NCBI GenBank assembly: GCA_038231275.1
Contig: JBBRLQ010000002.1
Coordinates: forward strand, 512,001 to 576,000
Direction of reading: 5' to 3'
DNA from: Polyangiales bacterium
Lineage (GTDB): Bacteria; Myxococcota_A; Polyangia; Polyangiales; Polyangiaceae
DNA: 64,000 bases
Shown here: positions 8,530 through 18,022 of the stretch, one piece after another
How the letters are laid out: each line of letters starts with the position of its first letter
Numbering within the stretch: the first letter of the stretch is position 1
Program-made: the position numbers and the translations under genes
The notes under the pieces: model-generated
The model's database searches: none
The model's input: the letters and a program-made list of their open reading frames with translations, nothing else
What the model was told of the DNA's origin: nothing

Positions 8530-9603
8530 ATGCCCTCACCGCGCCGCCGCGGCTTCCCTGCCGTGATCCCCCTCGTGGGGATGTCGTTCGCGGGCCTCGC
8601 GTGCACGGACCTCTCGCACCTCGCGACCGGAGGACCCGACGCTTCACTCGGCGACGCTGCGACGCCACTCCCTGAGGAGGGCGGCGCGATCGAAGGCGGC
8701 GTGGCGCCGTGCGGCTCGAACGAAAAGCGTTGCGACGGCGTGTGCGTCAGCAAGGACAACCCGGCCTACGGCTGCGCGGCCGACGCCTGCACGCCGTGCT
8801 CGGTGCCCTACGCCAACGACGTCACGTGCCGCGCCGGCGAGTGCGGCGCGGCGACATGCCAGACCGGCCGCGCCGACTGCAACAACCGAGGCATGGACGG
8901 GTGCGAGGCCGATCTCGGGACGCCCGCGACGTGCGGGAACTGCACGACGGCCTGCCCGTCGAACCTCGTGTGCGTCCCCGGCAGCGGCTGCCTCAGCGGA
9001 TGCCCTGGGACGCTCGTGAACTGCGACGGCGCGTGCGTCGATCTCGCGACCTCACCGAGCCACTGCGGCACGTGCAGCAACGCGTGCGCCGGCGCGCCCA
9101 ACGCGGTCCCCTCGTGCGCCGCATCCGGCTGCACCCTGACCTGCAACTCCGGCTACGACCAGTGCGACGGCGACGGCACGAACGGCTGCGAAGCGAAGCT
9201 GCCCTACTACACCGACGGCGACGCCGACGGGTATGGCACCACGCTCGCCGGCAGCGCGTGCACGCCCCCGCCCGGCAACGCGCCCAATGGCGGCGACTGC
9301 CTCGACACCAACGCCAAGGTCTATCCCGGCAACAAGACCTTCTTCGCGACCGGTTACACCATGGGCGCGACGAAGACGTCGTACGACTACGACTGCAACG
9401 GCGTCGAGGAGGAGGCGTCGCAGTCGCACGGCACCTGCGCGTCGCCGTGCAGCTACGGCTACGTTCCCGGCACGCGGACGCCGGGCCCCGGCGTGAGCAT
9501 GTACTGCGGCAGCGTGACCGCCGTGTCGTACTGCAGCAGCGGCTCGGCGAGCGGGAGCGCGGCGTGCTCCACGAGCTCGAGCAACGCGCTCGGGTGTCGC
9601 TGA
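8530..9603 (+). CDS. Cys-rich lipoprotein (Stig1-like repeats plus a MopE-type putative metal-binding motif)
   Basis: lipobox GLAC; CDGACVDLATSPSHCGTC repeats; YTDGDADGYG...DCLDTNAKVYPG...DYDCNG. Confidence 0.8.
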   Translation: MPSPRRRGFPAVIPLVGMSFAGLACTDLSHLATGGPDASLGDAATPLPEEGGAIEGGVAPCGSNEKRCDGVCVSKDNPAYGCAADACTPCSVPYANDVTCRAGECGAATCQTGRADCNNRGMDGCEADLGTPATCGNCTTACPSNLVCVPGSGCLSGCPGTLVNCDGACVDLATSPSHCGTCSNACAGAPNAVPSCAASGCTLTCNSGYDQCDGDGTNGCEAKLPYYTDGDADGYGTTLAGSACTPPPGNAPNGGDCLDTNAKVYPGNKTFFATGYTMGATKTSYDYDCNGVEEEASQSHGTCASPCSYGYVPGTRTPGPGVSMYCGSVTAVSYCSSGSASGSAACSTSSSNALGCR

Positions 9604-10280
9604 TGACGAGACGCCTCGTGGTGCTCGTCCCGGTCGCCACGATGATCGAGCCGGAGTGCGAGCGCGGACTGCAAGCGCTCGAAGCGCGCGGCGTCACGGT
9701 GCGTCGCGTCGGATGCCACGTCGCCATCGATCTCGGGCGCAGCACCATGGCGAGCGAGGCGTTGGCCGACGGGTTCGACGATCTCATGTGGATCGACGCC
9801 GACGTCGGCTTCGATCCCGGACACGTCGACGCCCTCCGCGCCCACGATCGTCCGTTCACGTGCGCCATCTACCCCAAGCGCGGCCGCCCCGAGCTCGCGT
9901 GCCACGTGAAGCCCGGCACGAGCGAGCTCGTCTTCGGCGAGCATGGCGGCCTCACCGAGCTCCTCTACACCGGCATGGGGTTCTGCCTCATCCGTCGCGA
10001 GGTCTTCGAGGACGTGCGCCGTACGGAGGCGCTCCCGCTTTGCAACAAGGCCAAGCCGTTCGTTCCGTATTTTTTGCCGATGGTCGTGAAGGCCGGCGAC
10101 GACGACGACTGGTACCTCGCCGAGGACTACGCCTTCTGCGAGCGCGCGCGACGCGCCGGCCACCCGGTCTTCGCGGACACGCGCCTTCGCCTCTCGCACG
10201 TTGGTCGCTACGGCTACACGTGGGAGGACGCGATGGGCGAGCGCCCCCGCTACGCGAACGTGAAGATGCAGCTGCGCTGA
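9603..10280 (+). CDS. GT-A fold glycosyltransferase-like protein
   Basis: DxD motif LMWIDADV, GMGFCLIRREVF, LAEDYAFC, LSHVG; TGATG overlap with the upstream gene. Confidence 0.8.
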   Translation: MTRRLVVLVPVATMIEPECERGLQALEARGVTVRRVGCHVAIDLGRSTMASEALADGFDDLMWIDADVGFDPGHVDALRAHDRPFTCAIYPKRGRPELACHVKPGTSELVFGEHGGLTELLYTGMGFCLIRREVFEDVRRTEALPLCNKAKPFVPYFLPMVVKAGDDDDWYLAEDYAFCERARRAGHPVFADTRLRLSHVGRYGYTWEDAMGERPRYANVKMQLR

Positions 10281-10298
10281 CTGGCCTGCGCGGCGGCG

Positions 10299-12668
10299 TC
10301 AGCGCTCCAGGGCCTCGAGGATGCGAAGGGCGCGGGCGGCGGCGCGCGTGCCGACCGCCTGAACCTCCGGATCGTCCTTGATGAGCGCGAGGAGCGGGCA
10401 GCGTTCGAACCAGAGGGTGTCGCAGAGGCCGTGCGCGTCGGCATCGTGCAGCATCTTCTTCGCCAGGACGGCTTCGCCGGCGGCGCACATGACCTCCGTA
10501 CGAATTTGCGCGAAGAACATCGCGCGACGCGGGACGCGGTTGCTCTGCGGGAGCGTGCGCGAGACGTCCGCCAAGATTTCCGGGGTGATCGCGCGCACCT
10601 GATTCAGTTGCGCCATCGACCGGACGCTCTGCCGGTAAGGCTCCACGACCGCGCTGCCGGTGGCGTCGAACTCGGAGAGGAACGCGGCACCGAGCGCGGG
10701 GTCGCGGCGCCACATGACGAGTCGCGCGCGCGTGATCCAGGCCATCGTGGCGTCGAAGTGATTCGCGGGGATGTCGTGAAGCAGCGCGTCGGACGCCTCC
10801 CATTCGCCCATCAACGCGCGTGTGCGCGCGATGATCACGTTGATGTGACCGAGGTGCGGCTCGAGCTCGCGCGCGCGCTCCAGCGAGGCGATCCCTTCGA
10901 GCGGCCGGCCGACCTCGACGAGCAAGCGACCGCGCAGGTCGAGCGCGTCGGGCGCCGACGGTGACCGCCGCAGGGCGGCGCGCAGCTGCTCCGCGCCGGC
11001 GACCACCTCCCCGCGGTTGATGTGGAGCGAGGCGAGGCCCACCCGCGCCTCGGCGAGCTCGGGGTCGAGCGCGAGCGCCTCTTGCACGCGCGCCATCGCG
11101 ATCTCGTCGAGCCCCTGCACTTCTTCGATCGAGAACTTTCGCACCAGCGCGAGCGCGTAGCCCGCGACGATGCGGGCGTCCTTGGGCGCGCGATGGTACG
11201 CCTGCTCCAAGAGCTCGAGGGCGCGCGCGTTCGCGGAGAACCCTGCGCGCTGGTACTCGTAGCGGCCGCGCATGTAGAGGTCGAGCGCGACCGGATCGGT
11301 CGGTGCGGCGCGCGGGGACCGGCTCGCGTCGACCGTGAGGGCGTCGCCGACCGCGCGCGCGACCTCGTCGCCCACCGCGAGGAACTCCGAGGCCGGGCGA
11401 TCGAAGCGCTTGGCCCAGAGCTGGAAGCCGTCCTCGACGGTGACGACGCGAACATGAACGCGCAGCACGTCGCCGACGCGGCGGAGGGATCCTTCCACGA
11501 CGACCTGCACGCCGAGCGCGCGGCCGACGTCACGAGGATCGCGCTCGCGCACTTCGTAGCGCGCGGTGACGCCGCGGGGGCGAACGCGCAGGCCGTCGAT
11601 GACGCTCAGGAGATCGATGATGTCGTCGAAGAGCGCGTCCGCGAGGTAGGCGTCTTCCGGGGGGCCGAGGTTGGCGAGGGGAAGGACCGCTACCGTTTTC
11701 TGTCCCGCGTCGGTCGTGGTGTGAAGCGCGACGGGCGGCGACGACGCGTTCGACGCCGACGCCGACGCCGGGAGCGTGAGGCCAGCGAGGGCGGACGCCA
11801 CGTCTTCGGCCGAGGCGTAGCGGTCGGCGCGATCGCGCGCCATGCACTTCATGACGATCGCGGCGGCGCGATCGGGGATGTCGGGCTGTACCGCGCGCGG
11901 GTCGGGCGGAGGCTTGACGAGGCGCGCGGCCGCGATCGCGACCACCGACTCGCCAGGCCACGCGACGCGACCCGTGAGGAGCTCGAAGAGCATCGCGCCG
12001 AGCGCATAGAGGTCGCAGCGCGCGTCGAGGTCGCGCTTGCCCTCGACCTGCTCGGGCGCCATGTACGCCGGCGTCCCCACGACCGAGCCGAGCGTTCGCC
12101 CCGCGTCGCCGACGGCGAGCGCGCGCGCGATCCCGAAGTCGGTGAGGAGGATCCGGCCGTCGCGCGCGACGAGGACGTTCTCGGGCTTCAAATCGCGATG
12201 GATCACGCCGGCGGAATGGGCGGCGGCGAGGCCCGCGCACACGCTGCTCGCGATCTCGACGACCGACGCGAGCGGCAGTCGGCCGCGCCGCGCCACGAGC
12301 GCGCCGAGCGCTTCGCCGTCGACCAGCTCCATCGTGAGAAACGTGTCTCCGCCTTCCGTACCGATGTCGAACGTGCGCGCGACGTTCTTGTGGGTCACGC
12401 GCCGTGCGAGCTTCACCTCTTGCCGGAAGCGCTCGACCATCCCCGGCACCGCCGCGAGCTCCTTTCGCAGCACCTTCAGCGCGACCAGCTCGTCGAGGGT
12501 GACGTCGCGCGCGCGGTAGACGCTCCCCATGCCGCCCACGCCCAGCAAGCCCAAGACTTCGTACCGGCCGCCGACGCGCGCGTGGGGGCTCACCGAAGCG
12601 GCCCCCTCCTTGTCGAGGGGCGCGGGCATCGTCGCGTCGGTGCCCAGCGAGCGCGGCGGATCGCTCAT
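10299..12668 (-). CDS. Ser/Thr protein kinase with TolB-like and TPR C-terminal domains
   Basis: GVGGMGSV, VALK, HRDLKPEN, DFG, APE; VAVLPLANLG TolB-like segment; start MSDPPRSL (the longer ORF-track start overlaps the upstream gene). Confidence 0.92.
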   Translation of the reverse strand: MSDPPRSLGTDATMPAPLDKEGAASVSPHARVGGRYEVLGLLGVGGMGSVYRARDVTLDELVALKVLRKELAAVPGMVERFRQEVKLARRVTHKNVARTFDIGTEGGDTFLTMELVDGEALGALVARRGRLPLASVVEIASSVCAGLAAAHSAGVIHRDLKPENVLVARDGRILLTDFGIARALAVGDAGRTLGSVVGTPAYMAPEQVEGKRDLDARCDLYALGAMLFELLTGRVAWPGESVVAIAAARLVKPPPDPRAVQPDIPDRAAAIVMKCMARDRADRYASAEDVASALAGLTLPASASASNASSPPVALHTTTDAGQKTVAVLPLANLGPPEDAYLADALFDDIIDLLSVIDGLRVRPRGVTARYEVRERDPRDVGRALGVQVVVEGSLRRVGDVLRVHVRVVTVEDGFQLWAKRFDRPASEFLAVGDEVARAVGDALTVDASRSPRAAPTDPVALDLYMRGRYEYQRAGFSANARALELLEQAYHRAPKDARIVAGYALALVRKFSIEEVQGLDEIAMARVQEALALDPELAEARVGLASLHINRGEVVAGAEQLRAALRRSPSAPDALDLRGRLLVEVGRPLEGIASLERARELEPHLGHINVIIARTRALMGEWEASDALLHDIPANHFDATMAWITRARLVMWRRDPALGAAFLSEFDATGSAVVEPYRQSVRSMAQLNQVRAITPEILADVSRTLPQSNRVPRRAMFFAQIRTEVMCAAGEAVLAKKMLHDADAHGLCDTLWFERCPLLALIKDDPEVQAVGTRAAARALRILEALER

Positions 12669-12670
12669 CT

Positions 12671-15600
12671 TCAGAGCGCGGCGGAGAACGCGCGACCGAA
12701 TTCGATCGGGCTCGGCCGGTCCTTGGGCTCGCGCGCCGTCGCCGCCCGTAGCAGACGCGCGACGGAGTGCGGATAGGTGCTGAGGCGATCGGCGTCCTCG
12801 AACGGGTCGCGGCGCATGTGCGCGATGATTCGATCGCGACCGTTCTCGATCTCGTCGAAAAACGTGCGACCCGTAGTGACGTTGTAGATGGTCCCCGCGA
12901 GCGCATACACGTCGGAGCGAACGTCGAGCTCGACGGGGTCCAGCACTTGCTCGGGCGCGATGTAGCCCGCCGTGCCGGCGACGAAGCGCCCGCCGACCTC
13001 CGGCGCTACACGCGTCGCGCGCACCATTCCGAAGTCGATCACGACGGTCGCCAGCGGCGACGTGATCGCCGGATCGCGGTGCTTGTCCGGGTCGAACCGC
13101 TCCCCGCCCGCGAGAGGGAGACGCAGCCACAGGTTCGCCGGCTTGATGTCGCGATGCACGAGCCCCGCGCTGTGCAGCGCCGCGAGCCCGGCGCACGACT
13201 CGGTGACGACGTGCCGCAGCTCGAAGAGGCTCATCGGCTTCGCGCTCGCGTATTGCTTCAGGTCGGCGCCTATCAAATACTCGAGCACGAGAAACGGGAC
13301 GCCGTTCGCGACGCCGCGTTCGATGATGTTCGCGACGTTGGGGTGGTAGAGGCCAGCGAGGGCCTTGGCCTCCTCGACGAACGACGCGAGGATCCCCTCC
13401 CGCTCGGTGTCGGTCGCGTTGGCGAGCGCATCGGCCTTGGGAATCTTGAGGACGAAGTAGCGATCGGCGCCGGGCTTTCGCACGAGCCACACCGAGCCGA
13501 TGCCACCTTCACCGAGCGGCTTGATGAGCTCGTAGCCCTCGATGAGGCGCGGCTCCTTCTTCTTGGCCGACGGCGGCGGCGGCGGCGTGCGGCGAATGGC
13601 CGCGCGGATCGTGGCCTCGAGGAGCGCCGAGGTCGAGGGGCCGAGCGACGCGAACCACACATCGAGCATCGACGCCTCGCGCGCGCGGATGGCGCGGGCC
13701 ACCAGCGCGGCGACGCGTGGCGCGTTCTCGGTCGCGGCGCGGCGGAGCGAGTCGTCCGCGCTCTCCGCGCTCGCGGGGTGCAGCGCCTTCACCGGATCCG
13801 CGAGCGCGGCTTGGAGCCGATCGCCTGCGAGTACCAGCTCGAGGCACATCGCTTCCAGCGTCTGTTTGGGCCCCGCGGCGGTCTTGAAGTCGTCGAGGGC
13901 GCGCGCGAGGCCCGCGAGCGCGTGCGCCAGCTCCGTCGAGCCCGCGTGCAACGACGCCAGCGCCTCGGCCGCTGCCGGACCCCACTGCCCGTCGGCGGCT
14001 CCCGACGCGACGGTAGTGCGAAGCGTGTCGGCGCGCTCGCAGCACTGCGCGAGGGCGCCCTCTGCCATCATCGGCAACGCGGTGCCGAGCTGCTGCAACA
14101 TCGCGGGCCGATCGATGACGAGCGCCCACCACGCGGCGAACGGTCCGAGCCACTGCACGTCGTCGACCTCGCCGAGCGCGGTTCCACGCGTCGTGTCGAC
14201 GAGGCGCCAGAAGAGCGTGCTCAACGCCCCCTTGAGAGGCGCCGGCAATTCCCGCGTGCCGTCGGCGAGGCCCTGCAGCTTGCGGAGCCAGAGGCACGTG
14301 TCGTGCGCGGTGGGGCCACGTCCGGGGCCGAGATCGCTGTCCTCGCCACATGCGTCGAGCGCGTACCCGCCGAGACGCACCGCGAGCACCTCGAGCGGCA
14401 GATCATCGGCCGGATCGACGTCGGCGGCGGCGCGGCGCTCCTTGACGAGATCGAGGATCTCGGACGGCGCGCGCGCGATCTGCTTCCACGTCTCCTCGAG
14501 CGCGGGCTCCTCGACCGGATCTCCGTTTGGGCGCGTGGCCAGGAGCGGACCCCAGAGACGCAGCGCGAAGGCGCGGGCGCAGCCCTCGATCGCGTTGAAC
14601 GCGGCGGCGCGTTGGCGCAGGCGGCCGTTCCCGAGCGCGATGCGTCGCGCCTCTGCGAACGTCGTGGCGAGCGACATGGCAAAACGCGCGGCGCGAGCGT
14701 CGCCTTCCTCGTCGTCGTATTGCGCGGCGAGGCGGACGAGGTTCTCGAGCCCTAGCTCTAGATCGAGCGGATCGCGCTCGGCGCCGTCGACGCCGTCGGT
14801 GACGCTGATCACCTCGAGCCACCGGCGCGCCTCCTCGAGCGAAGACGGACGCGCCGTGCGTGCGAGCTCGCGAAGCTCGCGCATCGTCCCCTCGATCTGC
14901 GGGTTGTGGGTCCCGCGACGCCACACCGTGGACAAACCCCGTGCGAGCGCGCGCGCGGCGATCGCTCCCCCGTCGCCGATCAGGATGCGACCGGCGAGGC
15001 GATCCCACAGCTCGCGGCGCTCGAAGAAGAGGTACGGCGTCGCGGCAGCCACGGCAGCGAGCACTGCGCCGTCCTCGTCGGGAGCCTCCAAGATCGCCAC
15101 GAGCTGGCTCGCGAGGAACTTGAGCCGCTCGGCGGGGAGCGACGCGAACGCGGTGAGCGCGCGCTGCCGCAAGAGGCGTGACTCTCCGAGGACCCAGTCG
15201 AGGAGCGTCCCCTCCATCTGCTCCATCGCGCCCGTCAACCTACCGAGCGCCCGCGCCGCGTGGACCCACACGAGCGGCTCGGGGTGGAGCAGGAGCGGCT
15301 GAAGCACCTGGAGCGTGCGGCCGACGAGCTCGGGATCGGCGTCCGCTGGCATCCCGCGAACGCTCACCTCGAGGCAGCGCGCGGCGAGCACGCGCCCACG
15401 CAGCGCGCCGTGCGCGGGATCCTTGATCATCACGTCGAACGTCGCGCCCGAGCCCCAGAGCCATTTGCCGAGATCGGGCACCTCGCGCGCGCTCGCGCCG
15501 GCCTCCCAAATCAGGATCTCCAGTCGGGCGCGCGCCTCGACGTTTTCCGGAGACGCGAGGGCCGCGCCGTCTCCGAGGAGCGGCGCGCACGCGAGCGCGT

Positions 15601-16051
15601 CGCCGAGCGGCCCCTCGATGACACGACCCCGCGCGACGCTCGGCACGCGCTCGCGGAGCCTTCCGTTTTTCGCGGCCCGACGGAGGAGCGCGGCGATCTC
15701 GGCGTCGCGCCGCCACGTGCTCGCCGCGCACCACGCGAAGAGCGCCTCCGCTTCTGCACCGTCGCCCTCGAGCAAGGTGCCGAGCGCGGCGACGTCCCCT
15801 TCTGCGCGCGCGAGCTCTGCGAAGCCGTCGCCGAGATCGTTCACCGCAGCACGCAGCGCCTCCGGCAGCCCCGCGTCGCCGCCGGGCCGCCAGTGCGCCT
15901 CGAGCGCCGCCGCGAGGTCCGGGGACTCGACGAGACGGGCGCTCACGGCGGCGAGCGCAGCTTGGGCCTGCGGGGAGAGCATCGAGGGCGTCGCGCCAGA
16001 GTAACTCAGGAGCGCACGAATGGGTGGGGACGGGTCCGGCGCCTCATGCAT
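12671..16051 (-). CDS. Ser/Thr protein kinase with ~830-aa N-terminal alpha-helical (HEAT-like) region and C-terminal kinase
   Basis: GEGGIGSV, VLK, HRDIKPAN, DFG, APE in the last ~290 aa; LLLHPEPLVWVHAARALGRL is HEAT-like; start uncertain. Confidence 0.88.
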   Translation of the reverse strand: MHEAPDPSPPIRALLSYSGATPSMLSPQAQAALAAVSARLVESPDLAAALEAHWRPGGDAGLPEALRAAVNDLGDGFAELARAEGDVAALGTLLEGDGAEAEALFAWCAASTWRRDAEIAALLRRAAKNGRLRERVPSVARGRVIEGPLGDALACAPLLGDGAALASPENVEARARLEILIWEAGASAREVPDLGKWLWGSGATFDVMIKDPAHGALRGRVLAARCLEVSVRGMPADADPELVGRTLQVLQPLLLHPEPLVWVHAARALGRLTGAMEQMEGTLLDWVLGESRLLRQRALTAFASLPAERLKFLASQLVAILEAPDEDGAVLAAVAAATPYLFFERRELWDRLAGRILIGDGGAIAARALARGLSTVWRRGTHNPQIEGTMRELRELARTARPSSLEEARRWLEVISVTDGVDGAERDPLDLELGLENLVRLAAQYDDEEGDARAARFAMSLATTFAEARRIALGNGRLRQRAAAFNAIEGCARAFALRLWGPLLATRPNGDPVEEPALEETWKQIARAPSEILDLVKERRAAADVDPADDLPLEVLAVRLGGYALDACGEDSDLGPGRGPTAHDTCLWLRKLQGLADGTRELPAPLKGALSTLFWRLVDTTRGTALGEVDDVQWLGPFAAWWALVIDRPAMLQQLGTALPMMAEGALAQCCERADTLRTTVASGAADGQWGPAAAEALASLHAGSTELAHALAGLARALDDFKTAAGPKQTLEAMCLELVLAGDRLQAALADPVKALHPASAESADDSLRRAATENAPRVAALVARAIRAREASMLDVWFASLGPSTSALLEATIRAAIRRTPPPPPSAKKKEPRLIEGYELIKPLGEGGIGSVWLVRKPGADRYFVLKIPKADALANATDTEREGILASFVEEAKALAGLYHPNVANIIERGVANGVPFLVLEYLIGADLKQYASAKPMSLFELRHVVTESCAGLAALHSAGLVHRDIKPANLWLRLPLAGGERFDPDKHRDPAITSPLATVVIDFGMVRATRVAPEVGGRFVAGTAGYIAPEQVLDPVELDVRSDVYALAGTIYNVTTGRTFFDEIENGRDRIIAHMRRDPFEDADRLSTYPHSVARLLRAATAREPKDRPSPIEFGRAFSAAL

Positions 16052-16111
16052 GCCTGGTGCGAGCGAGTGGGAGAGCGTTGCCGAGGCCGGCCAGGCGGCA
16101 CGTGGAAGGCG

Positions 16112-16336
16112 TCAGCCCCGGACCAGCTCCACAACGTCGGCCACGGTCAGGCGCTGCACCACGGAGTCGGGCCCCGTTTGGGGCGACACCAAGAAGCTGT
16201 AGCGGAGAACCTTCACCGCGAACTCCTGCCCGCCGCGCCCACGCACGCGAACCTCGGGGAAACCGAGCGTCGCCGGCCTTCCGAAGGTCAAGCCGGCCTC
16301 GGTCAGCGCGTCGACGAGCTCTTCCACCGGTGACAT
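16112..16336 (-). CDS. small hypothetical protein (74 aa)
   Basis: protein-like composition and codon bias; co-oriented upstream of the kinases; TAGAGT -10-like hexamer upstream. Confidence 0.6.
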   Translation of the reverse strand: MSPVEELVDALTEAGLTFGRPATLGFPEVRVRGRGGQEFAVKVLRYSFLVSPQTGPDSVVQRLTVADVVELVRG

Positions 16337-16458
16337 GGCAGCACTCTACATCGGCCGCGATGCGCGCGCGGAGGCATTGCACGGTCGCGCTCCGCGGGCG
16401 GGCCATGACGGGCAGGAGGAGCCGTGACGGGCAGGAGGAAGGAGAGGAGGATGGGACG

Positions 16459-17949
16459 GTGGGCGAACGGGGCGTGAGGGTCTTGCTCGCAGCGGCGCTG
16501 GTCGTCGCCGCGTGCAGAAAGGGAACGGCGCCGCCGCCGCCGGGACCCGACGCGCAGAGTGGGCTACCGCCGGAGCCTCCTCCCGCGACGATGCCGCCGT
16601 GGGGCACGACCGAGCAGCTCGGCGCGTACATCGACGAGCAGGTCGGCGCGTTCGGAAAGGCGTGGGGCGACGCGTACGCGTTCCGCGGCGTCGTGGCGAT
16701 CGCGAAGGACGGCGTGCTCGTCACGACGCGCGGGTATGGCAAGGCGAACCTCCACGCCGGAGCCGTCCCCGACGAGAGCACGCGGTTTCGCGTCGGCTCG
16801 ATCACCAAGCAGATGACCGCGGCGTGCGTTCTACAGCTGGCCGAGCGCGGCAAGCTCGACGTGAGCGATCCCGTCACGAAGCATTTGCCCGACTTCCCGC
16901 GCGCGACGGGCGACGGGATCACGCTGCGTCACCTCCTCTCCCAGACGTCGGGGCTCCCGAGCTACACCGACGACGCCGCGCTCATGGCGGCGCGCGGGAC
17001 GCCCCACACGCCTGCCGAGGTGCGCGCGGTATTTCAGTCGGCGCCGCTTCATTTCGCGCCAGGAACGCGCTGGGAGTACTCCAACTCGAACTACTACCTG
17101 CTCGGCCTGGTGATCGAGAAGGTGAGCGGCGTGACGTACGAGCGCTACCTCCAGGAGCAGGTCCTCGGGCCGGCGGGGATGACGCGAACGAGCACCGTGG
17201 ATGCGCCCGACGCGCCGAACACCGCCGTTGGCTACGATCGGGACGACGACGAGAACCTCATCGTCGCCCACCCCGTCGACGCGTCGGTGCCATACGCCGC
17301 GGGGGCGCTGCGCAGCACGGCGCTCGATCTCGCGCGCTGGGATCAGGCGCTCGCGGGGACGACGGTGCTGTCCGAGGCGGCGAAGGCGAAGATGCTCACG
17401 CCGGTGCTCGATCACTACGGGTACGGCGTCGGGGTGGACGAGCTCGACGGGCACCGCCTCGTCACGCACGGCGGAGGCATCGACGGCTTCAACGCGGTGC
17501 TGATGCGCATCCCCGACGCGGGCGTCGCGATCGTCGCGCTCGCGAACGGGCCCGTGGACGCGCAGCCGATCGTCCGGGCGCTGCGCCCGTACGTGCTCGA
17601 AGGCCGGCGGACGCCTCCGAAGGTGGAGCGCCCCGTTGCGCCGATGACCGAGGCCGTGGTGGCGCGAGCGCGCGGGGAGTACGCGCTGACCGCGACGGCG
17701 CGACGCGACGTCGCGAGCCGGCTTCCGGCGAAGGAGGTCGACGCGATGGCGCGTGCCGCGGTGCGGGTTTCGTCGAATCGCCTTTATTTCAAGCCGATCG
17801 GTCAACCGGAGGAGCGCCTCTTCTCGGGAGGCGGCGATCTCCTGTTCACGAAGAGGGACGGCCTCGAGATTGTCCTCGACGCCGGCGCAGCGGCGCGCGG
17901 GTTCTCGATGACCCAGGGGGATCTGGCGCTGCGGTACGAACGGCGCTGA
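16459..17949 (+). CDS. serine hydrolase, beta-lactamase class C/AmpC-like family, lipoprotein
   Basis: SxxK (GSITKQ), YSNSNY, HGGGIDG; lipobox VVAAC; start GTG 16459 or 16474. Confidence 0.9.
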   Translation: MGERGVRVLLAAALVVAACRKGTAPPPPGPDAQSGLPPEPPPATMPPWGTTEQLGAYIDEQVGAFGKAWGDAYAFRGVVAIAKDGVLVTTRGYGKANLHAGAVPDESTRFRVGSITKQMTAACVLQLAERGKLDVSDPVTKHLPDFPRATGDGITLRHLLSQTSGLPSYTDDAALMAARGTPHTPAEVRAVFQSAPLHFAPGTRWEYSNSNYYLLGLVIEKVSGVTYERYLQEQVLGPAGMTRTSTVDAPDAPNTAVGYDRDDDENLIVAHPVDASVPYAAGALRSTALDLARWDQALAGTTVLSEAAKAKMLTPVLDHYGYGVGVDELDGHRLVTHGGGIDGFNAVLMRIPDAGVAIVALANGPVDAQPIVRALRPYVLEGRRTPPKVERPVAPMTEAVVARARGEYALTATARRDVASRLPAKEVDAMARAAVRVSSNRLYFKPIGQPEERLFSGGGDLLFTKRDGLEIVLDAGAAARGFSMTQGDLALRYERR

Positions 17950-18022
17950 AACGAGGCCACGTTCCGGCCCCCCGGCGTTGGCGCGCGGCCGATAGCGCGG
18001 TACCGTAGGAGTCGGAGATCGG

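Noticed and set aside
8709-13490. Apparent long fusion ORFs (8709-10280, 10299-13490; likewise 18082-20673, 24284-26161, 38395-40194, 41437-43095)
   Set aside because: The N-terminal extensions are stop-free shadow frames over the upstream gene; true starts are internal, with SD or stop/start overlap
16459-17949. Calling the serine hydrolase or the two MBL-fold genes antibiotic-resistance beta-lactamases
   Set aside because: Motifs support only superfamily membership; such hydrolases are common in myxobacteria
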